Of a DNA stretch of 64,000 nt, positions 1 to 11,316 are shown in pieces. Below the pieces are notes generated by a model. That model was given only the letters and a program-made list of their open reading frames with translations, ran no database searches and had not been told where the DNA came from. Position 1 is the first letter of the stretch; the number at the start of each line of letters is the position of its first letter. The position numbers and the translations under genes were made by a program. The DNA lies in NCBI GenBank assembly GCA_000708835.1, contig DF237345.1:22221-86220 (forward strand). Reading direction: 5' to 3'. Origin of the DNA: Klebsormidium nitens. Lineage: Eukaryota > Plantae > Klebsormidiophyceae.

Positions 1-1091
1 CAGCCTGGAGGCTGGTCTGGGGCACTCCCAAGGAGCAGATGGTAATATTGGGAAAGCTGTCAAAATCTGGGACGATCCGTCCGCTTATGAATTACAGACG
101 CCCGTTGATATTGTACCAAATCGAACCAGATCTCCAAAGTTTTACCGCCAGCTGGGATGGTAAATCTGCGTATCCCAGATAGATCCTCATAACCATGTCA
201 ACCCTCCGATTGCTACCGGTCCAGTCATCGAACGGCTGTCATAGGCTCCAGATTTTCTGGACAGGTCTCGGTCGGAACTCCCTCATGACTTTCAATCAGA
301 CCGCGTTATGGGTTGTACCGTAAACCGGTAGCTGGCGCTCGGCAATATCTTGCGTCATATCAAATTTGAATTGCATCATGATTCGTGTCACATGATCGGA
401 TATTTCGTCAGCACTACGATGTTCTCCACCGTCAGATACATCGGACACGTGCCATGAACGGTTTGATTTGCAAAGAGTTTCACCACTCCCGCAACTGACC
501 ATCTGTTCAATAACGGTAATCGGACGTTCCGAAACAGCCGGGCATGGCATTGGTAAGACTAAACATAGCCGGGTAGGTAGACTCTGAGACGGTAGTCTTC
601 CACGGCTCGAATCCGCTGTCCTAAGAGTCGATGCAAGTTTTCAAGACGTGCATGCCAGATGAGCGAGAGTCGAGAGTCGATAGATGGGAACGGCTACGAA
701 CTTCGGATAGCGAATAGCTGGTTGCAACGGTTCAAGAGGAAGTATTGACATCACAATAAACATGAGAACATGAAGCTTGATCGAAGCTAAATGTTGTGTG
801 CTACATCGCAAACCATGAGCTGCATCAGATTCTCCAAGAGCCAAGATTGTGCGAACTTGCTAGCTCAGAAAGTAGTCCAAGGTAGCGTTCGCTCATGCTA
901 CAAACGGCAACATCCCCGTTATAGCCAATCATTAACAAGTTACCGCCTCAAACACAACATTCTTTCTTCTCGAAACTCCCTGTACAGACTTGACTATGCA
1001 CACCGACTATCGTTACGCTCCATTCAAAACACCCATGCTCGTTCATCTACAGATACCTGCTACTAGCCTTCTAAACCCTCCTCAGAGCTAC

Positions 1092-4000
1092 TCACCCTAG
1101 CATTACTTCTAGCGCAGCCTCTTCGTCATCCTCGCCCGCAGACTCATAGTCGCTACCATCCTCCTCCTCCTCATCTAGCGTTCCCTCTCCCTCTGCTTTC
1201 CCATCATGAACTAACGCCTCGGGCGCTCCCTCTGCGCCAGTATCCCCACCCTCCTCTAGTTCGTCGCTTGACTGCCACTCGAAATATTTAAGCGGCTGCT
1301 GGGGCCACTCGAGGAAGAAGTTGTTGTTCACCATGAAGCGGAAGCTCTGGAGGAGGTGGCTCTTGTCCTTCCGAATCTGGGCTCACAAAAAGGACGTGTG
1401 TCAAACGACTGCTTAGACCTCCTGCTCTTGGTTCAAGCGCAGTTTGCGGAGGGATTGATCACATATAAATATCTCGTTCTAATGGCAAGCAGAAACCTGG
1501 CCCCAATTCACCTCTTACATGTTGTGCCATGAAGATGCTTCTGGATTGTTTCCAACTCAACAACTGCGTGATCTGACTAAATGGGATTTGGTGCATCAAC
1601 GGGGCGGACAGTCGCTCCGCAGACAAATCTGTCCTTGCTCAAGCGCATTGGTATTCTGATTTTATGGGCCGAGCGCTGTGCAAGTGACAAATGCTCTGCA
1701 AATATGATGATGTGAAAGACTTTTCGAACTAGGGTACGAAACTTCGTGCCGACTGAGAGGGTTAAAGTATCAACGAGAAAAGCAGCAAAGAAAAAAGGAA
1801 GGAGATACGTCTTGAATGCTTGACTCACCTCCGGCGCCAAGAGTTTCTCGAGCAGAGTCGGTGCTCGTTTTGCCACTTGATTCTGTCGTCGCCGGTCGTT
1901 TCCGGGTCCTCCGGGTCCCTGTCAAAAGCGGATCGGATTAGGACAGGGCGGAAAGTACTGCACAACAGAGTCAAGCTGCAGCCAGCGGGGCCCAAAACCA
2001 TGAGTAGCCGCGTTTGTTGGATATTCAGACTGGCCTACGAAAGGAAAAGTCGCTGCATCGATTGAGGGTTGACGGGAGATGAAGACATAATTGCTGAGCA
2101 GTTTACCGCCAAAACTCCGCTTCCGATCATTCATAAACGTATCATAAACCCGGCATGATAGAAGAGACGTCAACAAAGACGTCCAGAATAACGTCCGAAC
2201 CGCAGCTCGACACTGCCGATAATACATCCGGATTAAGCAAAGGAAGACTGGGCAAACCCTTCACGTCCGACGCGCAGCTCTGCACCCCATCCTCATCTGA
2301 CCAGAAGTCTGAACCCAGCCATACTCTTCTCATCCAAAGGGCCAATCACCAACAATTCATCGCTCAACTCACCCGCTCTCCCCGGGGCGTCCTCTGATGC
2401 AAAAACTGGCACCGCCGCCCCTTCCTACAGTGCCCCTTCAGGAAAAAGAAGCACACCCCGCGCTCGGGGCGCCCCCCCGGGCCCTCCACCGCCTGCCGCT
2501 TCCCCCCGTCGAGCATCGCCGCGGCCTCGGTTTCCGACCCCTCCCCCCGGGGCGTTTCCGGGGGGCCGAATCGCGCAGCATGTGCGGGGGGATCTCCGCG
2601 ACCACGACCCCCAGAGCGCGCTGCTGTTGGAGGATCTCGCGCAGCCGCGCGCGCCGCGCGGCGCCGTCTAGGTCCTCCAGCTCGCCGCGGGCGCGCCGGG
2701 CCGCCGCCTCCTCTGCCTAGACAAAGGGGTTGAAGTTTAAGGGACTTGGCATATGGAGATTCAAGGATTTTTAGTGTAGGGTGTAGGACTTCCTAGTGGT
2801 GTCTCTGAGTGTGGCGAATTGCTACCAGTCAAAAGGTTCGAGAATCGAGACATGTTTCAGTGAGAATGGAACAAGCCCCGGGCAGCCGTTTGCTCTGCCT
2901 AGACAAAGGGTTTGACGTTTCACAAACTCTTGGAGAATAAAGATTTGAGTAGCTTTCAGCATAGTGTCAGGACCTTTTACTGGTGTCTTCAAGGTGTGGC
3001 GAGTTGCCACCAGACGGAAATGAGTGATTTCACCATAGTGTCAGGACCTTTACTGCTGTCTTCACATGTGACGAATGGCCGCCAGACAAAAGATTCCGCT
3101 TGACACATGCTTCGGTGGCTCTAGGCCGGGGAGATACGGAACGAGTCTCCAGGCAAGGTGGGCCGCTGCTGCTCCTGAGCTGACAACGGTCCGAGAGTCG
3201 AGAAGTGCTCCACAGCACAAGCGTCAGGCTTTTAGACCTAAACAACACATCACGTTGCAGTACCAGTAGGTAATCTATTCAGCAACCTCAGAAGGAGACC
3301 CAATCTGCACTCGCTGGGGCACGGATAACCTTGTATTTGCATAAACTTCAAGCTGCCCTGTTCTCCACTCTCTTTTGGGAAATTGGAGGACTGACAAAGA
3401 CAAACAAACACTGGTCAGCGTGCGCAAAGCCCCACCTTTTTCTGGACGTTGCCCTCCGTCGGGTAGTGCTTCCGTCGCTCCTCGCGCCACTTCCTAACGT
3501 CCTCCTCGGTCTCGTTGGCGTTTGCGGTGGCCGCGGCGCGCGCGCGCCCCAGCTTGTTGCCGGCCTGGTGCGCGCTCAGCTTGTGCTCTTTCAGGACCTT
3601 CCCTGGCGGGAAAAGAATAAGAAAGTCAGCCATTGCCGATCAGAAATTCCTAGTCTGTCTTAAGGGGAGGAACAAGGACGAATTGTTGCCTCTTTCTTGG
3701 TGGACGTATGGGCGATTAGCTTGTGCTTTTTCAAGACTTTTCCTGGCAAGCCACCAAAACACAAAGTCTCAGCCACTGTTGCACAGTCGAAGACCCCAAG
3801 TTTCTGCGGATTGTAGGACTTGAAAACTTTCAGTTGTAGGAATCAAGTTGTAGGGAAACGAGGAGTACGGCTTCACTGCGATTGGACAGCTTGAGCTTTT
3901 CCACGACCCTTCTCGGCAAGAAGCTAAAATACAAAGGCTCTGCAATTGTCGAACAGTGGAAGCTTTCAACTTTCTGTCGAATCATGGAAATGGAAAAAAA

Positions 4001-7000
4001 CCTTGCGTCTCCTGTTAGTAGACTGGCAGCCGCTCAGCATTTGCCTCTTGGGATCATGCCTCATACTGCAAATTGCTGTTGAACAAATATTTTTCTGCTT
4101 TAGATTTTAAAATGCGCTTTTGGAAACCTTTGCCGGTGTTGACGATCCTCTGATCACATCAGTAGCCGACCTCAAACGGCCCCAGACACAGTTAACCACT
4201 TGCTGAAAATACAAATCAAGATAGGAACGCTTCGTTCAGACTTTCGAACACTGAGTACACTACTCGAAAAGCCCATTGATCCTCGCACAGTTGCCGCATC
4301 ATCGCATAATCATATAGCACCGCCCTCAGTGAAGAGCTACGCAACTTAACATGCCTTTGCAAACAGTCCAGTGTTTACTTCTTGGGCGGATCGAACGCTC
4401 ACAAGTTTGCGAGCCAGTCACCAAATAAGGCAGGCACTACCCAACTCACCAGACGCTTCAAACCCGCATCCCGGTTCGGAGCACTTCTCGTGCGCCACCA
4501 TGTGCGCGTTGTACCCGTCCTGCCCCGAAAACTCCTTCTCGCACGGGTCGCACCGCAGTGTCGGGCCCTTCCCCGGCCCGCCGTCTTGAACTAGGGGCCT
4601 CTTCACCCCCTGCTGGGGGGGTCGGCCCTGGGCCTGGAAAGCCCCCCGGGGCGTTGGGCCCTGGCCCCGCGGCTGGCCCCCGGGGATCATCCCCGGGCGG
4701 CCGCTTAACCCGGGCGGGTTAACTAAACCCGCCCGAGGGGCCATCCCAAAACCTCCGCCAGTCGGCATCCTGGGCCTGATCCCAACACCGCCGCTAGCTT
4801 GGCTGCTGTGAAGGTTTACTTGGGTTGGGGGTTGGTTAGGAAAGCTGGCTCCTGCGTGGCCCTGCATAACCCCCTGGTTGGGGCCGGCTTGCTGACCCAT
4901 AACCTGCCCCGGTTGCACTTGGGGCGTTCCACCAAGTTGAGGCTGGAAGCCCGGCCGCGCCTGCTGCACAAAGAATGGCGCCTGTCCGCCCATCTGCGCC
5001 TGTCCAAAACTCTGACCCTGTCCAAAACCCTGGTTTTGGATTTGCCCCTGTCCGAAACCCTGACCTTGTGTGAAACCCTGGCCTTGACCCTGCCCTTGCC
5101 CGAACGCTTGCCCTTGTCCAAACCCGGATGCTTGCGCCAAACCCTGGCCCGGAATGCCAGCTTGCCCCTGCCCATTTGTCCCCCCCTGACCGAAGGCCTG
5201 ATTCTCTCCGAAAACTTGGCCCTGTCCGAAACTTTGGACTGGTCCAAAACCCTGCCCACCGCTCGTTTGCTGCTGCGCACCCGACTTGCCAGGGATCCCT
5301 CCCTGAAACTGTTGACCCACCAGCCCGGTAACCCCAACCTGCCCCGGAGCGTTTTGACCCAATGCCAGCTGGCGGGTCCCCATTGGCTGGCCCCCGAAAG
5401 CCTGCTGCGTCTGCGCCGGAAAAGGCTGCATTTGCGGCGGAAGGTTTGGAGCGGGGGAGGCGATGAGAGGCTGCGGCTGTCCTTGGGGGGGGCGTGCGGC
5501 AGGGCTTGGCAGCTGGGCCGGCTGACCCCCCTGTTGGGAGCGTCTCTGCTTATCCTCCTCCAGTTTCCTGAGGGCGGCCAACTGTTGGAGTGGGGTAAGG
5601 GAGGTGTTCTGCAGGAAAATCGAAGCAGATTAGTCACTGCCGGCCGGCCCGGCTTCGTTCGACTTCTGAACTCAAGCGGTGCCAACACTCCGCAAATTAG
5701 TGATCGTCAACAACACAAAAACGTAGAACCCTTTCCATGCTGCAAAAATTTTCCTAAGTCCCACCACGATCGCTCCAAAACCTGGAGAAAGCACAAGGTA
5801 GCACCTAGAAAGAGCAGCTTACCCAAAACTGCTATTTCTTTGAAAGAGTTCTTCAAGAGCACAATCTAGGCCACTGAATCGAACCTATGTTTCTTCATTA
5901 CAGCACTTGGCAAAGTGAAGCCATCAGCGCAAGAACTCGAACTTGACTGTAAAAGGACCAAAGCAGGAAAGAAACAAAGGAAGAAAGCCTGTAAGAAGAC
6001 ACATGGCATAGTTCCACCACAGCGCAACAATCGCCAAGCACCACATACCTGCTTCGTGGGGCTTTGCAGCATGGTTGGCTGCGCCTTTTGCCGCCCCTGC
6101 TGGCTCCTCTTCTCCTGGAGCTCTTTCTCCTGCTGCGCCAAGATCGCCATTGCCTGCTGCCGCCTCCTCTCCGCGTCACTCTGCGCCGGCGGGACCCCAA
6201 AGCCCCCACTCCCAAACTGCTGCTGCCCTGACCCCGAATTTTGAGGCGTCATCTGCGGCTGGCTCCCAAAAGCCGGGACGCCAAACTGCTGCTGCCCGGA
6301 CCCCTGGTTTTGAAGCCCCTGGGGCGCCGCTTGTGCCTGGCTCACAAAGCTTGGGGCTGCAAACTGTCGCTGGCCCGCCGCTTGGTTTTGGAACCCCTGC
6401 GCGCCTTGCTGCTGGAAGGCGGTTGGCAGGGCGGAGAACTGCTGTTGGAAGGGGCTCTGATTCGCCTGCTGCTGTTGGAGAAGCTGGTTGAACTGGGCGC
6501 CAGGTTGGGGACTGGGTTGCTGGAAACCAGGATTGATTATCTGGGCGCCCAGTTGCATCTGGGGCTGGTGCAGCTGTCCCGAGGGCAGAGCCTGCGGTTG
6601 GTTCATCTGGCCCGCCAACAGCTGTTGCTGGAACTGCGCATGGGGGTTTGGACTGGGCTGCGTGAATTGGGCCTGGGAATTTGGACTGGGTTGTCGGAAT
6701 TGAGGTTGGTTAGTGCTCCCTTGTTGCAGCTGACCCGATTGGACACCGAATTGCTGCTGAGCCTGCCCCTGCTGCATGAACTGACCTTGGTTGGCTTGGG
6801 CAGGAAAGTTTGGCTGCTGATTCTGACCCCTCTGCATGGCCTGCTGACCGCGTCCAGACGCTTGCTGGGGGTTTACAGCTGTCGCCAAACCCTGCTGCGG
6901 GTTTGGTTGACCCTGACCACTTTGCTGAACACCGAACGCTTTCTGACCCTCATGCGTGCCCGTTTTCTCCGTTGCTTTGAGCACGTTCGCGCCTATTGTT

Positions 7001-10000
7001 CCAGGCTGTTGCGGCGACACGTGGGGCAGGTCTGCGCTAACCGCAGGACCCGACTTCCGCTCAAACATGGCATACGGGTTCGGGAATGCCGCTTGTGCCT
7101 GCGCCGTCAATTGCTGAACCTGCGCCCCCGGTTGTTGCCCAGGCCCTGTCTGCGTTTCTCCCTCGCGTGCGGGGGTCTCTCCGGCTGGGACATTTCCCCC
7201 AAATGACGGTTGAATTTCCGGCTTATCTTCAGCCTTCACAGCCATTGACCGAGGGGCCTGCATCCCAAATGCCCACCTTGATGCCTCAGGCATGTTTCTA
7301 ACAATGGCCTCGCCCCCCTGATGTGCGCTCTCGGCCTGCAGGGGTTGATTGACAGCTGCCGGCTGCCCACTAACAGCTGGCGACGGTCTGCTAACAGCTG
7401 GCGACTGCCGACTGACAACTGGCGGAGCACTCCCTACCTGCTGTAGCACCTTCTCCCCAAACTCCACAAACTTGTGCAGGCCTTCGAGCTCCGACGCACT
7501 TAGCAAAGGTATCTTGGGAGACGCATCCGCTCTCGAAAACTTGGGTTTCTTTGGCTGCGCTTGAGCACTCTCTGACTGCCCATAAGTGTTTCCTGGCCGC
7601 CCGTAAGTGCTCCCCTGCTGTCCCTGAGCGCCCCCTGCCCCCGATGGCCCATAAGTGCTCCCCTGCGGCCCCTGAGTGCCCCCCGGCTGCCCATAAGTGC
7701 TCCCCTGCTCACCAGAAGCGGCCCCCGGCTGCCCATGTGTTGCTCCCGCCTGCCCATAAGCAGTCGCTGGGTGCCCATACGCCCCCCCGGGCTGCTCCCG
7801 AGCAACCTCCAACTGCTGATGAGTCGGCTTCCCCCCAGAGGGCCCTGCAGATGACCCACCACCAAACTGCTGAGCCTGCGGTCCTGCGTAACCCCCCTGG
7901 AACCGTGCCTGTCCCCCGTTTCCCCCCGAGCTCAAACCTCCTTGCGGCACGCGAGGAGAGTACCCCGGAGGATGTGCAGGCGAAAGCGGCGACTCGGGTT
8001 GTACGAACTTCCCGCCTCTTTGCTCTCGCTGGCCAGACGGAGGATTGGATTGCTGCCAGGACTGCACCCCACTTTGCTGAGCGGACCCCTGCCCATAACT
8101 CTGCACAGGTATTGACTGCTGGGGATTGGAGGCACCATAAGACTGACTGGTCATCTGTCCAGTTGGTTGAGGACCAAGCGCTCTGCTCGACTGCGCCCCT
8201 GCGTGCGCTACAGACTGCCCACCAAACTGCCCGCCAGGCTGGCCCCCCCTCTGCGGCAAACTTTGCCCCCCACCTTGAAAAGTCTGGGCTCCAGTCTGCT
8301 CGTTGTACTGCGCTTCTCTTCCCCCAGCTTGCCCCACAGCTTGTCCCGCCCCTTGCCCCCCCAGCTGCTCGGTGGTTGGACCACCCAAACGTCCACTACC
8401 GGTCGACTGCCCGCTGGACTGCTGCCCAAATGCTCCTCCTTGAGCTTGACTTGGCTGTCCCGCTGATTGGCCACCCAAGCCCGACAGCCACGCAAACTGC
8501 CCACTGGACTGTCCTGCCGCCTGCCCACTCGACTGCCCGCCATATCGCCCACCAAACTGCGCACCAGACTGGCCCCCAGACTGGCCCCCTTGTTGCCCGC
8601 TCCTTTGCATCCCAGGCTGCGCCCCCGCTTGGGCGCCCCCACTACTTTGTGTTTGCCCCCCGAAGTGGCCGTAATGGCCAGCCGTCGGCCCACCAGACTG
8701 CCCAACTGAAGCCCCGCCGCTCTGTGAGCCCAGCTGCGCCCCCACAGAGGACTGAGTCGCACTCTGCAGGTTCTGCTGACCCCCCGCTTGCCCCTTCAAT
8801 TGCGACCCGCCAAAAGGCACTCCTTGTTGCCGCCGTTCAGTCCCAAATGACTGGTCCCCAGTTCTCACTTGCCGACCCGAGTTGTCACTAGCTTGGCCAA
8901 CTCCTTGGCCCCAGGCTTGCCCCCCCCACTGCCCGTTGGATTGCGCCCCTGACTGCCCAACAACCTGCCCACCTCTGCTCCCCATCTGAGGAAATTGGCC
9001 AGTCGACTGGTTGGTGCTCTGTCCCACTGCCCCAACGCCCGCCTGCCCGCCAGACTGTCCTCCCATTCCGCCAGCTGGCTGCACAAAAATCTGTCCAGCG
9101 TTGGACTGCCCTCCAAACTGACCCCCAGTCTGCCCACGGGCCTGCCCTCCAAACTGCGCACCGATCTGGCCCCCAAACTGGCCACTAGCCTGGCCCTCGA
9201 ACAGGCCGCCGGATTGGCCCGCCAGCTGTCCCCCAGTGTGCGCAGTGGGCTGCGCTCCTGAGGGCTCGGTCGGCTTGCTTGACGCCTGCGGCGGGCTCCA
9301 ATCAGGAGTCCACGGGGGGAGGTCATTCTGCGCCGCAGCTGCATTCCCCTGCCCTTTGGCTGGTTGCGACTGAGGGTTCGGCACGGCGTTAGACGGTTGG
9401 CCTGACTGCGGGTTGTAAAGTTCGTACACAGACTGCCCACTTGGCCGGTTCACAGGGACGGGAGCGCTCTGACTTTGCTGACGGGCCTGAGGATTCTGGA
9501 AAGTGGTGGGGTTCTGAAAGCTTTGGGGAGTTTGAAAGCTTTGAGGATTTTGAGAAGTCCGAGGGTTCTGAACAGTGCCGAAGCCGGGAGCTTGCTGAGT
9601 TGGGCCCGGTTGCTGCCCTTGTTGACCAGACTGGGATTGTGTCGCATAGGGAGGGGCGAACACTGCCTGTTTGGAGGCGTCTTGAGAGGAAGGAGCGACT
9701 GAGCCTCCGTAGCCCGGGAAGCTTTTGTAGACGGGCTGGGCAGCCCCTTGCTGGCTCTGGTTTTGCATTGTCGAGCTTGGCTGGGTGCCTGCAATGTAGC
9801 GAAATCCCACTTCGGAAAATGTACTCAAAGAAGCGGGGAATGATGGTAGTGCAGGGAGAGTGCTAGAATCATAGACACACGTTTGTGCGTGCTTAGGAGT
9901 TGCTTGAACATAGGTAGATGATACACCAACGGGCAAGCGCGAGAGCGGCTAGGATCAGAAGGTGATGCGCCGGATCTGGAAGCAAAAACAGAGTGCACGC

Positions 10001-10137
10001 AGTAACAAGTTCGCACGAGAGTTCCTCCAAGAATTCAACCGCAGTTCAGCAACATCTAGCACTGGAACGCCAACAAGGAACGTACCTTGATATGGTTGAT
10101 TCCATTGCTGCTGCGGAAACCCAGCGGAATTGTACAT
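1092..10137 (-). CDS. NUFIP1: NUFIP1/Rsa1-like box C/D snoRNP assembly factor with C2H2 and CCCH zinc fingers and a ~1600-aa Gly/Gln-rich N-terminal extension (~1945 aa)
   Basis: Exons inferred from GT-AG sites and phase: 10137-10086, 9788-6049, 5608-4450, 3602-3436, 2716-2373, 1918-1829, 1376-1092. Motifs seen: CDPCEKEFSGQDGYNAHMVAH-EKCSEPGCGFEASGKVLKEHKLSAH (C2H2 pair), EEDVRKWREERRKHYPT (NUFIP1 core), LREILQQQRALGVVVAEIPPHML, CFFFLKGHCRKGRRCQFLH (CCCH) and LLEKLLAPEIRKDKSHLLQSFRFMVNNNFF (NUFIP C-terminus). Exon 5 needs one extra base near 2543-2565 to stay in frame. Confidence 0.85.
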
Positions 10138-11316
10138 CTGGCCGTAAGCAGCACTCTGCTGCCCCTGCGACACGGAAGAAGGATACTCTTCCACAACAGG
10201 ATCTCAGACAATCAATGGAAGTATGGACGTCTCAACTGCAAGGCCCTCATCAGGAGGAATGGAAATGCAACCTGAAGAAATTGCAAAAACCGAAAGTGGA
10301 CATCAAGAAACAACCACCAAATGCAGCAGAATTCATCTCTCTACTACTCAAACTGTTCAGCTTATTGTTAAGTAGCACCACCAGTTCAGAAAGGACTCTC
10401 TTGTTGGTTGCGGATTCATAGCAGGCGCTCTGATTGTTATCTGACATCCCAACCATTGACAAATCTATTCCAACCCGTTTTAAGGAAAGCCCTATTCAAC
10501 ACTTCTGCCCATCTTAACTACTCGCAGGGCCCTTCGGACAAACAACATGCAGCTCACAGGAGCACCGACTTCTGCAGAAGCATCGAAAGAAAGATTGCAC
10601 AACAACCATTACCAAAATTTGAAGAAACTACATGCACCCACGCAACTTGAGAAACTCACCGCCGGATTGTTGAACGGCTGCATTGTTGACGAGTTTCAAA
10701 GCCTCATTACACCCCACAACTGAAACAACCAAAACCTTAGTAGGCTCTCAGAACAGCCTTTGGCCCTCCTACTGAGCTCTCTCTACCAGTGCAAATTCGC
10801 TCCCATACGCCTCTCGCAACTTATGCAAAAAGGAACGTTTGTTGCTGCACAATGTTCAAAGCGCTTTCAAGGAATGCCACCACCTCAATCCAGGACTCCA
10901 CAATTTTGCAGGCGGTGAGGCCGAGGCCTCATGTACACAGCACGCAGCCACATCCCTCCGATGTGCGCGCCGGCCAGCATGCGCAGAATACTCAAGACCT
11001 GCGATATGCACGGCCAATCTTTCTGCGCGGGGCATTCTCGTGCTCGCGCGGGCGCTTGTCATTGTGCCCTGGAGGCTGGACCTCATGGAAGGTGAGCGGT
11101 GCAGATTAGGGTTCCACCTTCCAACACAAATTGGAAGTAAATAGTAGCTGGCGCATGCTGCCCCAGACCAAGGATACCCTCAACTTCAAGTTTCAATGGC
11201 TGCTCAGCGAAGGCGCCATTTAGGAACACCCCTGATGGTTCGCTAACAGGGCCTCACGAGGACCCCTTGTTGGCCTCCTCGCAGCCCCCCTGGCGTGCAC
11301 CCCCTCGCTCCTCAAA

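Noticed and set aside
4799-8891. Long plus-strand ORFs (4799-5869, 6241-7206, 7551-8891)
   Set aside because: They are antisense shadows of the Gly/Gln-rich NUFIP1 exons. Their Leu/Pro/Ala-rich translations are what the reverse complement of CAG/GGN repeats yields.
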